DNA of 57,779 bases from a virus (Duplodnaviria; Caudoviricetes): the IMG/VR virus record IMGVR_UViG_3300036770_004266, positions 1-57,779 of that record. The stretch is one strand, 5' to 3'. Below are positions 45,958-54,998 of the stretch, piece after piece (the stretch's first letter is position 1; every line of letters begins with the position of its first letter). The notes below the pieces were generated by a model. That model ran no database searches. It saw only the letters and a list, made by a program, of their open reading frames with translations, and had not been told where the DNA came from. The translations under genes were made by a program, and so were the position numbers.

Positions 45958-46799
45958 GCATTTTTAAAGAGCGGAATCTGAAGACGGTCTGAATATCTCC
46001 AACCTTTCTCCATTGCTAGATTTGCAACAGTAGTTTTATGTTTATTATACATAATTTCTTCACCGCCACATGGCATCAAATATACAGTACCGCCGAATCC
46101 AGCTTTACGATATTCATTAACTGCTTCTTCTGCTTCTTTGACATCATCTTCATTAGCCACCACAAACTTGAGATAGGTATACCCATTTTTTTCATACTGC
46201 TTAATTACATCAGGTTTTATAGCATCTTCCCATTTTTCACCAGACACGGACAATTTAGGAGATACTGAGAATGTCAATTTATCGTAATCCCTACCATATC
46301 GAGTCCAGGTCTCAAACAAATATTCTTCAAACTCCTCAGACAGAGGTTGTGTACCATTTGTCTCGAATGTAATTTCGGTACAAGGAACCATCTTAGGGTT
46401 ATTTAAAAGATCGGGATATGATCTTTGCCAACCCAATAACGGCTCGCCTCCAGTAATAACTAAGTGAATATCGCCCCAACGGTTTTCCGGAAGTAAATCA
46501 GCAATCGCGTCAGCCACACTATTGGTGTCAAGAACAGGACTAAGATGCTTAAAGCGAGGATCCCAACTAGCATATGAATCACATCCAGTAGTGACGAGAG
46601 GAAGGTCTTCATATTTTTTATACTTATCTATAGTTTGAAATACTATATCCCGTTCCGCGGATTGTTCTCCCGTCGGCATACCAAAACCGGAACAAGTAAA
46701 ATTACATCCAAAAGTTCTTAGAAATATCGAAGGCACGCCCATATAGCGCCCTTCGCCCTGAATAGAATAAAATAATTCTGCAATTTTTAGTTTAGCCAT
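45945..46799 (-). CDS. queE: 7-carboxy-7-deazaguanine synthase QueE (radical SAM)
   Basis: SIQGEG, LRTFGCNFTC...CDS, TGGEP, ETNGT, SVSPK. Confidence 0.93.
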   Translation of the reverse strand: MAKLKIAELFYSIQGEGRYMGVPSIFLRTFGCNFTCSGFGMPTGEQSAERDIVFQTIDKYKKYEDLPLVTTGCDSYASWDPRFKHLSPVLDTNSVADAIADLLPENRWGDIHLVITGGEPLLGWQRSYPDLLNNPKMVPCTEITFETNGTQPLSEEFEEYLFETWTRYGRDYDKLTFSVSPKLSVSGEKWEDAIKPDVIKQYEKNGYTYLKFVVANEDDVKEAEEAVNEYRKAGFGGTVYLMPCGGEEIMYNKHKTTVANLAMEKGWRYSDRLQIPLFKNAWGT

Positions 46800-46814
46800 A
46801 ATAATATTATATAG

Positions 46815-47438
46815 TTAATTCGCATAGAAGTCTATAACGTTTTCTTCCTTTTTTTCCTTTTTCTTTTTCTGACTAGGAATTTCCCGCTTATCCGGATCTA
46901 TAACGTCCAATTGTTTTTTCAAATATTCAACCAATTGTCTACCAGCCTCAGAATCATCTCCTTCTTGAATTAGAGCATCCAAATCCAAATTCTCAATCAT
47001 TTTATATTTAGTCGCCTGTTGTTTCTTTTCTTTTTGTATCCTGCGAATAAATGCAAAATAAATGATCTGCGTATAATATGCAAAAGGATTAGAAGATTTC
47101 TCTGGATCAAATTTTGCTGCTGCAGTTAAACAATTTTCAATACCATCCGAAATCATATCGTCTCTAAAAGTATAATTTATGAAGTTGGATTTATATGATA
47201 AATGGGTGGCAATTTTAATAAAGCATTCGCCTATATAATTAGGCACCTGCGGTATTTCTTTATCCGCCAGATCTGCTTTATTTACGTCATTCTTATAATC
47301 TATAAGCGCAGCTAAAAACTTTTTATTATCTACGTAATGCGATGATGTAGGAATATTTCTAGTGGAGTATTCTTGTACTTCTTTTACTTCCTCTGTTAAT
47401 TCCTCGATCTCTTTCTTCTTCTTCGGCATCTTCTTCAC
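46815..47438 (-). CDS. gp55: Late sigma factor (T4 gp55-like)
   Basis: HYVDNKKF, NFINYT, DMISDGIENC, NPFAYYTQI, AFIRRI. Confidence 0.95.
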   Translation of the reverse strand: MKKMPKKKKEIEELTEEVKEVQEYSTRNIPTSSHYVDNKKFLAALIDYKNDVNKADLADKEIPQVPNYIGECFIKIATHLSYKSNFINYTFRDDMISDGIENCLTAAAKFDPEKSSNPFAYYTQIIYFAFIRRIQKEKKQQATKYKMIENLDLDALIQEGDDSEAGRQLVEYLKKQLDVIDPDKREIPSQKKKKEKKEENVIDFYAN

Positions 47439-47829
47439 CCCTCTGTATTGCGTTTAACATTTCTTCTAAAATATCTTCAGTTTCATCCTCTTCTAAATCT
47501 TCTTCAGATAGCGAGGAATCATCTTTACCTCTGTTCATTGTATATTCTATATAGTTAGAAATCAATTCCTTTTTTGGTGTAGATGCAACTAGAATCTGAG
47601 AGGTAGGAATTTCTAGTATATCATTTTCTGCAAAGGATAACCAAGGGATTAATATGTAACTTTCAACTATAGAATTCTCTCTAGGAATTCTCAAAAGGTT
47701 TATCATTATAGGTTCTATAATATTAATAAGTGGTCTATCGTATAAATTAATGCAACTATCATCAGTTCTGCAGATGATAGTATCACCATTAACTAACTTG
47801 AGCATTTTATAATAAAGTGCGTCGTCCAT
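47359..47829 (-). CDS. Conserved T4-like hypothetical protein
   Basis: LKLVNGDTII motif; position between uvsW and gp55. Confidence 0.75.
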   Translation of the reverse strand: MDDALYYKMLKLVNGDTIICRTDDSCINLYDRPLINIIEPIMINLLRIPRENSIVESYILIPWLSFAENDILEIPTSQILVASTPKKELISNYIEYTMNRGKDDSSLSEEDLEEDETEDILEEMLNAIQRGEEDAEEEERDRGINRGSKRSTRILH

Positions 47830-47840
47830 TAGTAATCCTT

Positions 47841-49337
47841 TCAGGTTAAAGGTACTTCTACTAACTTATAATTGAAATGCTCATCATTATAGATTTTAAT
47901 TCTCTCAATCATATGTAATAATGTATAATTCTTTTTACTCTTCCAAGTTAAATCGTCAGCAATATCATATAATTTACATCCAGTTTTATCTTCACTTGTA
48001 CGAAGTCCTCGACCAATGGATTGTAGATTCCTCACTCGGGATTTAGAAGGGGATGCGAATATAATATTATGTAGTCTCTTAATATTAATACCTGTAGAAA
48101 AAGTACCATAAGATGCCACAATAATCGCATCATTTTGAGTCTCGGTTATCCTTCGTATTTCTTCACGCTGCTCAGTATCCGTACCGCCGAATACAAAGAA
48201 CACTTTTCTTTCTTTTTCCCTATTTGCCAATTTGGTATAGATCATATCATGTAATATTTTACCATGCTTTTCTACATACTGAAAAAGAACAAGGGTATTT
48301 CCCTCTTGGCTTATCGCAAGATTGCGTATGAATTTATTCCTCGGTTCATATTGAACTATGAAATCCATTTCTTCCTGATATGATAATCCTTTAACCGACT
48401 TTCTTATCTCATCTGGATATTTTAATATTAAATTAAATATCTCTAAATCTGCAAGTGTCTTATCCGATATTAATTGTTTGGTAGTTGTGACTTTATATAC
48501 TGGACCAAACAAACCTTCTAATACTAACTTATGTGTTTTAGTTCCATCTAAAGTTCCAGTAGTACCGATCCTGTATGGAGACTTGACGCATTTATTTAGT
48601 ATTCCTGTTAAGGATTTGGCCTTAAATAAGTGGGCCTCGTCCCCATATATACAATCAAAAATAGTAAAAAATTGTTTAGGTAATTTATATAAAGATTGCC
48701 ATGTAGAAATAACTATGGGAAACTCATTGGACTTTTCATGTCCGCCATATATTCGATGGCAATGGTTAGATGTTTTCCAACCATTTAATGAAGAATAATC
48801 TTGAAAATCTGAGTACATCTGTTCTACCAAAGATGTAGTGGGGACAAGTATTAATTGCTTTCTGCCGCAATCCGAGTGCCACCTCAAGATACAATATATG
48901 ATTAGAGACTTACCTGATCCTGTCGGAGATAATAGAAGTTTTCTTCCCTCAGAAATTGCTCGGTATACTGCATCTATCTGATATTCGCGTATTGTTAAAG
49001 GTTCTCCCTTAGATGCAAGATTCAACCCTTCACAATATTCTTTAATCATTTCATATGTTACCGAGTCTGCAGTTGTAACATACTCAGAATCATCTATAGT
49101 ATAATCTCGCTCCTTGGCAAAATGCTCAACATAACTCTTCAACCCAACGTATAATTCTTGGGTAAACATAGAAAACAATCTAACCTTGCCATCCCACATC
49201 CTGGATTTATATAAAGGATGAAATTTTGCTCCGGGAACTTCAAAGGAAAAATGGTCGTTTAACTCTTGTGCAATTGAAGGTTCTGCCTTAACCTTGAGAT
49301 ATGCATGATCTTTATTTACTATTTTTATATCCGACAT
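47841..49337 (-). CDS. uvsW: SF2 helicase UvsW
   Basis: WDGKVRLF, PTGSGKS, DEAH, QSIGRGLR. Confidence 0.96.
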   Translation of the reverse strand: MSDIKIVNKDHAYLKVKAEPSIAQELNDHFSFEVPGAKFHPLYKSRMWDGKVRLFSMFTQELYVGLKSYVEHFAKERDYTIDDSEYVTTADSVTYEMIKEYCEGLNLASKGEPLTIREYQIDAVYRAISEGRKLLLSPTGSGKSLIIYCILRWHSDCGRKQLILVPTTSLVEQMYSDFQDYSSLNGWKTSNHCHRIYGGHEKSNEFPIVISTWQSLYKLPKQFFTIFDCIYGDEAHLFKAKSLTGILNKCVKSPYRIGTTGTLDGTKTHKLVLEGLFGPVYKVTTTKQLISDKTLADLEIFNLILKYPDEIRKSVKGLSYQEEMDFIVQYEPRNKFIRNLAISQEGNTLVLFQYVEKHGKILHDMIYTKLANREKERKVFFVFGGTDTEQREEIRRITETQNDAIIVASYGTFSTGINIKRLHNIIFASPSKSRVRNLQSIGRGLRTSEDKTGCKLYDIADDLTWKSKKNYTLLHMIERIKIYNDEHFNYKLVEVPLT

Positions 49338-49777
49338 TACAACATACCATTAGTAAACTTATTCCATTCTATGGAATTTTTAATATCCCAGGTTCTTCCG
49401 TTGATAGAACGAATAATTTGTTCTAGTTGATATAATACTGTTTTGTAGTATTCTACTTTATCAGTTAATTTAACCAAATCAGGATCAACTTGAAGGAACT
49501 CATCCATCTCATTTTTTAATGGTTTGTTTCCTTGCCATTGATCCCACCCCTCATCACTTAATTCTTCTTCAGACATTTCGCCCCGATAATACTTATACTT
49601 CTTTCTCCTCATATTAAGATAATCAGATTCAGATTTCCTCAAATTTAATCTTGTTGAAGAAAGAAGGTTTAAGTATTTAGAATGCAACATAGGAGTGCGA
49701 ACAGATTCCTGTCCAAGATTCATTTCATTTATCTTACAGTCATCTGCCCACATCTCTTGAAGCTCAGAAAGTTTCAT
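49337..49777 (-). CDS. uvsY: Recombination mediator UvsY
   Basis: LHSKYL, YYRG, RTWDIKNSIEW; synteny. Confidence 0.92.
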   Translation of the reverse strand: MKLSELQEMWADDCKINEMNLGQESVRTPMLHSKYLNLLSSTRLNLRKSESDYLNMRRKKYKYYRGEMSEEELSDEGWDQWQGNKPLKNEMDEFLQVDPDLVKLTDKVEYYKTVLYQLEQIIRSINGRTWDIKNSIEWNKFTNGML

Positions 49778-49780
49778 AAT

Positions 49781-50674
49781 TTAGATTTGAATAATTTGCT
49801 GAGGATTTCCTTGGAAATTAAATGAACCATAGTGGTTAAGGGAAATGCTGGGATCAAGCCAAATCTCTCCACCAAGTTCTTGCCACCTTCGCGAGAAGCA
49901 ATAGTCCTCGGACAAGTATCTCTTATCCTTAGGATCAATCATCGTATCAAAGAAAGCATAAAAATGCGGATTTAATTCTGGAGGAGTATTTAGATCATTA
50001 TTATACTTCAATTCTGGATAGGCCTCTATCATCTTATCAATTGCAGAACGCTTAATCATCATAAATCCTGTAGCACCATCATGCAATCGAACAAGGCCAT
50101 TTTCGATTGCAATTTGTTTTGTTTCTCGATTTAGAAATTTGAAGTTAATAGCATAATCAGATCCAAATGCCGCAATCTGCTTATCATTAAATGTTTCTGC
50201 AGGATCCTTAACCATGCTGGAACGAATACGCTGCCAATTAACACCCTTCTTCGGATAAGCGCCAACCACGACCTCTTTATCATAGGCCATCAGTTTAATT
50301 ACATCCTCAACCTGAAATTCAATATCTGCATCAATAAACATTAGCTTAGTGAAGTTACTATGCAGGAAGTAAGCAACAAGCACATTCCTTGCTCGAGTAA
50401 CCAGTGACTCGTTCGCGATAGTTCCAAATGCTACAGGAATGCCATGCTGATTACAGAATGTTAGGAGGCGCACTACTGATCTAAAGTATGCCTCAGTAAG
50501 CATGCCCCCATAACAAGGAGTAGCAATAAACAGCTTTTCCTTTCGAAGGTCATCCAGCTTGACTTCCATCTTCTGCTGGGTCAAGCCGTTAGGTGTTTTT
50601 TGTGGGGTGTCTCCTGCCTTTGGTAGTTTTGGAACAGGAGGCAGGTTCATAGGTGTTACTTTTTTCTTAGTCAT
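49781..50674 (-). CDS. GT-A-fold glycosyltransferase-like protein
   Basis: ATPCYGG, ESLVTRARN, FIDADI (DxD), LSEDY. Confidence 0.75.
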   Translation of the reverse strand: MTKKKVTPMNLPPVPKLPKAGDTPQKTPNGLTQQKMEVKLDDLRKEKLFIATPCYGGMLTEAYFRSVVRLLTFCNQHGIPVAFGTIANESLVTRARNVLVAYFLHSNFTKLMFIDADIEFQVEDVIKLMAYDKEVVVGAYPKKGVNWQRIRSSMVKDPAETFNDKQIAAFGSDYAINFKFLNRETKQIAIENGLVRLHDGATGFMMIKRSAIDKMIEAYPELKYNNDLNTPPELNPHFYAFFDTMIDPKDKRYLSEDYCFSRRWQELGGEIWLDPSISLNHYGSFNFQGNPQQIIQI

Positions 50675-50693
50675 AATAACTCCAAGTTAAAAA

Positions 50694-51281
50694 TTATAAT
50701 ACTTCTACTTCAAATATTGTATATCTAAATGAAGCGATCGCGGTAAAATATTCTACGGTAGATGATGCCACATCAAAATCAAGTGCTTCTAATGATATTG
50801 GAAATAAGTCTTTAAAAATTATATTACCTAATGCATTGTTTGTCGAGTCTAAAATAGTCAAAGTTCCATCCGAGTAAGCCAAAACTTCACTTGTACCATC
50901 GGATTTAGTTACAAAAGGAAATCTACTAGGTTTGGTTGAAGCAAAATTTCGGAATTGCCCATAGTTCTTCGGGAAGCCGAGAGCAATCAACCATCTGTAT
51001 AATTCTAAATAATTCGACATATCCTCCGAAATCAAAAATCTAATAGTAAAATCTCCAAAATTTATTTTATCACCTATAGTGGGTATGTCAACAAAAGGTG
51101 TGGCCTGCACCGCATAACCAAATTGAAGAGAAGGTAGATTTGCAGATTGACAGGTAAAAGATGTATTCGGAAGATCTTTTATGCCAAATCTAAAAGCATT
51201 CGGACGCAAGTAATCATATGTACTTGGCAACGAACTTTGGTAATTTGTTTTTAATAAATCAATGTTTGCAGTAAATGCCAT
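50694..51281 (-). CDS. gp3: Tail tube terminator (T4 gp3-like)
   Basis: CQSANLP, FLISEDMSNYLELYRW, FPISL. Confidence 0.82.
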   Translation of the reverse strand: MAFTANIDLLKTNYQSSLPSTYDYLRPNAFRFGIKDLPNTSFTCQSANLPSLQFGYAVQATPFVDIPTIGDKINFGDFTIRFLISEDMSNYLELYRWLIALGFPKNYGQFRNFASTKPSRFPFVTKSDGTSEVLAYSDGTLTILDSTNNALGNIIFKDLFPISLEALDFDVASSTVEYFTAIASFRYTIFEVEVL

Positions 51282-51301
51282 ATATTTCCTTTTACTCTAT
51301 T

Positions 51302-51309
51302 TATTTATA
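51302..51309 (-). promoter_or_regulatory. T4-type late promoter
   Basis: TATAAATA upstream of gp3. Confidence 0.75.
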
Positions 51310-51314
51310 AGAAT

Positions 51315-51342
51315 AAAAAAAGGGGGAATTTCTTCCCCCTTT
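51315..51342 (-). terminator. Intrinsic terminator after gp23
   Basis: GGGGGAA-GAAA-TTCCCCC-TTTTTTT. Confidence 0.88.
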
Positions 51343-51366
51343 AAATACCGATCTACGCCGGTTTTA

Positions 51367-52668
51367 TTACATAAGGTTAACAACCTTAGTCTTACGATAG
51401 TACTGGTTTCTGTTTGCTGTAAAGGTATCAGCATCAGCAGGACCAGCGGAACTGCCGGAGGTTGTAACATATGGGTTAGCAATAAGACCATACCGAGTCT
51501 TGAAGCCAATCTTTGGCTGGAAGCTGTTAGGATCGATCGCACGAACCATTTGTAACGGGATATATGGGCAGTAGAAAATACCTGCGTCATATGGTGAAGA
51601 TCCCTTATAACCAACCATATAGAACTGGCTAGCAGAACCAAGGTTAGCCGAATATGGGTCGATGTAAACACGGAAACGTCCGTTTAGAACACCTGCGAAA
51701 GTATTGCCAGTGTCGTCAACTGTGAGGTTTGTGCTAAGTGCTGGGTTGTAATCAAGAACACCAGACATAGCTAAAGCACTTGCAACGTCTGCGGAGCAAA
51801 CGATGAAGTTACCTTTTCCTCTACGAGTATCTTGTGCAATGTGGTTAGCATCACGCTCGATATTGAACAGGAGACCCTTGAAGCGCTCAACAGACCAACG
51901 TCCATTTGAGTCAACGTCTAGATCAAATGTTCCAGGAGTTGCTGTTGCTGGAGATCCAGTCTTTGCCACTTTGTAGATTGTACGAACAACTTCACGGTTG
52001 ATCTCAAACATAAACTCTTGCGAAAGGATGTTTGACAGCTCTGCCTCTGCATCAAGACCATGAATTGCTTTTAAGTCTTGAGCAAGTTCAACGGTGTACT
52101 CAGCTTTTAGAGCTCTGCTCTTAGCGGTAACTGTTGTCTTGTCGATAGAGAAAGACATCTCGTTGAAGTCTGCAGAACCAGAGGTTCCAAGAGCTTCAGC
52201 GGTTGCTGTGCTTCTTGCTGTACCAGTATTATAAGTACCATCAACAGGATTTGAACCTGCGCTTGTACCTGTACCAGCAAATGCAGTGTTTGCCTCGTCG
52301 AAGAGTGCTTCAACTCTTGTAGATGTATTAGCTCTCTCGCCGTTATACATGGATCTCATCGCGAAGATAAGGCCAGTAGGACCCGTCATTGGCTGGACAC
52401 CGCAGATGTCATAAGCCATGAGGTTAGGCATAGCACGACGAACCAAACCAATAAGGATTGGGTCATACTTCTGGATACCATCAGTTGCGCTGATATTATT
52501 TACTGGAGCTGCCTCGAAAAGAGCATTACGATCCTCGCGAAGGGACTTCTCTTGATTCTCAAGAAGAACTGCCGTAACAGCTTTTCTGTATGAATCTTTG
52601 ATTTGGGGAAGATCTGGATGCTCCAGAATTGCTTCCCATTTCTTGCTATAATTTTCGGATAAGAACAT
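51367..52668 (-). CDS. gp23: Major capsid protein (T4 gp23-like)
   Basis: GVQPMTGPTGLIFAMR, ELAQDLKAIHGLDAE, FQPKIGFKTRYG. Confidence 0.98.
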   Translation of the reverse strand: MFLSENYSKKWEAILEHPDLPQIKDSYRKAVTAVLLENQEKSLREDRNALFEAAPVNNISATDGIQKYDPILIGLVRRAMPNLMAYDICGVQPMTGPTGLIFAMRSMYNGERANTSTRVEALFDEANTAFAGTGTSAGSNPVDGTYNTGTARSTATAEALGTSGSADFNEMSFSIDKTTVTAKSRALKAEYTVELAQDLKAIHGLDAEAELSNILSQEFMFEINREVVRTIYKVAKTGSPATATPGTFDLDVDSNGRWSVERFKGLLFNIERDANHIAQDTRRGKGNFIVCSADVASALAMSGVLDYNPALSTNLTVDDTGNTFAGVLNGRFRVYIDPYSANLGSASQFYMVGYKGSSPYDAGIFYCPYIPLQMVRAIDPNSFQPKIGFKTRYGLIANPYVTTSGSSAGPADADTFTANRNQYYRKTKVVNLM

Positions 52669-52694
52669 TTAAGTCTCCTTTGTTTAAAATCCGT

Positions 52695-53873
52695 TTATTT
52701 TCTTACTGTTCTAGAAAGAGCTTTTGCATAAGAAGAAACGACAGAGTCTGTAGAGTAATCTTCTTGAACACCTGCCTCCTCAACTAAAGTCTGTGAAGTT
52801 CTAATACCTTCATCGTCCTTAGCAAAATAATTTTCTTTAATAACGGCTACTTTATCTTTGTAAAGTTCTTCGCTATCAAATTCAACACCTTCGAGGAGTT
52901 TATTTAACTTAGATACTTCTGTTTCTGCAAGATCTTTAGACATTTCCTTAATGATAAGTTTCTTTCTAAGATCCGTAACTTCAGTATTAAGTTCTACATT
53001 ATTGGAAATTTGAGAGTTCAAGTTTTCCTCTAAGTCGGTCACTTTGGCTTGTAATTCGCCAATCACATCATATTTCTCTTCAGGCACTTCAATGTAGTGC
53101 TCTTTAAATAGTTCTTTTAACCCAGACATAAAGTCTTCGGCAATTTCTGTACGAAGACCATTTTCAACAGCTAGTTTGTTTTCTTCCATCCAATTCTCGA
53201 CAACATAGCTAAGGTAAGCATCGACCTTTTCTACCATGCCTTCTTTGTAGCTTTCTACTTCTTCAGCAAATTTTTCAGATAGTGCCTCAGTAATTTGATC
53301 AATTTCATCATTTACCCTAGCAATAACGGCTGCTTCGAAAATAGATGTTGCCCTGGATTTAAATTCTTCTGAGAGATCCTCACCGAAGATTGGAGAAAGA
53401 TCAATTTCTTTTGAAGTAGTTTCTTCTATAACTTCTTCATCCGTCTCTTCTTCTGCAACAATTTCCTGATCTTCAACTTCTTCCAGATCTTCTTCAGATA
53501 TAACCTCGTCTTCGTCTGATTCTGTTTCTTCTCTAGTAATATTGCCTTTAGAATTGGGCTGGTTAACTACGGAAGTAGGATCGCCGACGGTTGTGAAATT
53601 AGGAGCCTGGCCAGCAGGTGCTTTCATTTGAATGTCATTTTTCTTGACACCCTTTGAAACTTGCGCGCCTTGGTTAGCTTCCTTTTCATCGCGAGTCTCG
53701 TATGTAGCATCCTTGGAATCGCCCTGCTTGGGATTGCCGGAGTCTCCGGAATTAGCAGCTTTAATTGAGGAATCTTTGCCAGTGCCAGCCGCGCCCATTG
53801 GACCAGCTTCTTCGATAGAAGCCTTGGCATCTACACGCTCTAGCAATTCCTGAATTTTTTTCTCTACTGACAT
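52695..53873 (-). CDS. gp22: Prohead core scaffold (T4 gp22-like)
   Basis: LSEEFKSRATSIFEAAV, YLSYVVENWMEEN; acidic; synteny. Confidence 0.93.
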   Translation of the reverse strand: MSVEKKIQELLERVDAKASIEEAGPMGAAGTGKDSSIKAANSGDSGNPKQGDSKDATYETRDEKEANQGAQVSKGVKKNDIQMKAPAGQAPNFTTVGDPTSVVNQPNSKGNITREETESDEDEVISEEDLEEVEDQEIVAEEETDEEVIEETTSKEIDLSPIFGEDLSEEFKSRATSIFEAAVIARVNDEIDQITEALSEKFAEEVESYKEGMVEKVDAYLSYVVENWMEENKLAVENGLRTEIAEDFMSGLKELFKEHYIEVPEEKYDVIGELQAKVTDLEENLNSQISNNVELNTEVTDLRKKLIIKEMSKDLAETEVSKLNKLLEGVEFDSEELYKDKVAVIKENYFAKDDEGIRTSQTLVEEAGVQEDYSTDSVVSSYAKALSRTVRK

Positions 53874-53906
53874 TAGTGTCTCCTAAAATATGTATTTCTA
53901 CTCAAT

Positions 53907-53914
53907 TATTTATA
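53907..53914 (-). promoter_or_regulatory. T4-type late promoter
   Basis: TATAAATA upstream of gp22. Confidence 0.8.
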
Positions 53915-53918
53915 AGAA

Positions 53919-54575
53919 TTAATATTTTGACAACTTATCTAAAAATGTTTCAAACATCTTTAGTTTTGTTTTTTCTAATTCTTCCTTTGTTGCTTTCTTA
54001 AGCATCTGCTGTTGCTGCTCAACTTCTACAGCTTTCCAAATACCATTTTCACATACCCAATCCGCCGATTCATATATTCCTTGAACATATGCATCGGGTG
54101 CTGAAGGATCAGCAACGATATCTACAGTAGCCAGGTGAAAATCGTCTTGAACTTCTTGCAGTCCATCTTTACCAGGTTTTAGAGATCCAAGGCCCCTGGT
54201 TGAAACACCTACCCCACAATCGTTCTCTATAAGATTCTTTGCAATAAGTCCCATAGGTGTTTCTAAAATTTTTGCACGGCCAATAACCCTGCCGCCCTCT
54301 TCCATCTTAAGATCTGTAATTAAATGAGATACCTTGTCAAGATTAATTGAAGGATTTGGCGGATGACCCAGTTCACCGAGTGATCTTTTAGCTGAAATAA
54401 TTTCCTGGTAGCGATTAACTTCTTTTTCCATTACAGACTTAGGATAAATCCTACCGTTTTTATTTCCAGTATCATACTGCGCGAATACGCCTTCGATAAA
54501 AATACTCTTTTTACCGTCCTTAGTTTCTTCTACAATATAACCTAGTTCCTCAGCTACTTCTGTAATAAGTTTCAT
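53919..54575 (-). CDS. gp21: Prohead protease (T4 gp21-like)
   Basis: MKLITE, NGRIYP, LGELGHP, GVSTRGLGS, DPSAPDA. Confidence 0.97.
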   Translation of the reverse strand: MKLITEVAEELGYIVEETKDGKKSIFIEGVFAQYDTGNKNGRIYPKSVMEKEVNRYQEIISAKRSLGELGHPPNPSINLDKVSHLITDLKMEEGGRVIGRAKILETPMGLIAKNLIENDCGVGVSTRGLGSLKPGKDGLQEVQDDFHLATVDIVADPSAPDAYVQGIYESADWVCENGIWKAVEVEQQQQMLKKATKEELEKTKLKMFETFLDKLSKY

Positions 54576-54587
54576 GTCTGTTTCCTA

Positions 54588-54998
54588 TTAGCCTTGATAA
54601 GTTGTTTTTTGTGCAATATCGAAGCCGAGTGCTGTTTGAACGTTCGGCGAGAATCCTGCAACCTTAGATAGACTTACAATAACGGTACCTGTTGCCGCAC
54701 CCTTATCAACAATAACATTCGCACCATTTGCTGTTGCAATTGAACAACCCATTTCTGGAGCTAGTCTCATAGTATCCTGGCCCGCAGTCAACACTAATAC
54801 AGTAGTAGTCCCCCGATCAATAGTTGTAGTTCCCGACACGCTAAAATTTACCATGTTAATATTTACTTGAGCGTTGCCCGTATCCAATATCTCATAAGGC
54901 ATTGCCATATCCGCAAGGTTTAAAGTCCCTGCGCCGGTGCCAACGAATGATGCTATAACTTGGCTCGGTGTCTTTTTAAGAACGGTTACTGTCGCCAT
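54588..54998 (-). CDS. Hypothetical virion protein
   Basis: 136-aa beta-rich ORF in the head operon. Confidence 0.75.
   Translation of the reverse strand: MATVTVLKKTPSQVIASFVGTGAGTLNLADMAMPYEILDTGNAQVNINMVNFSVSGTTTIDRGTTTVLVLTAGQDTMRLAPEMGCSIATANGANVIVDKGAATGTVIVSLSKVAGFSPNVQTALGFDIAQKTTYQG

Noticed and set aside
38581-46799. Canonical queuosine tRNA modification or folate pathway
   Set aside because: No queC, queF or queA and no downstream fol genes in the window; the divergent TGT-like and DpdL-like genes fit DNA modification better, though this is unproven.
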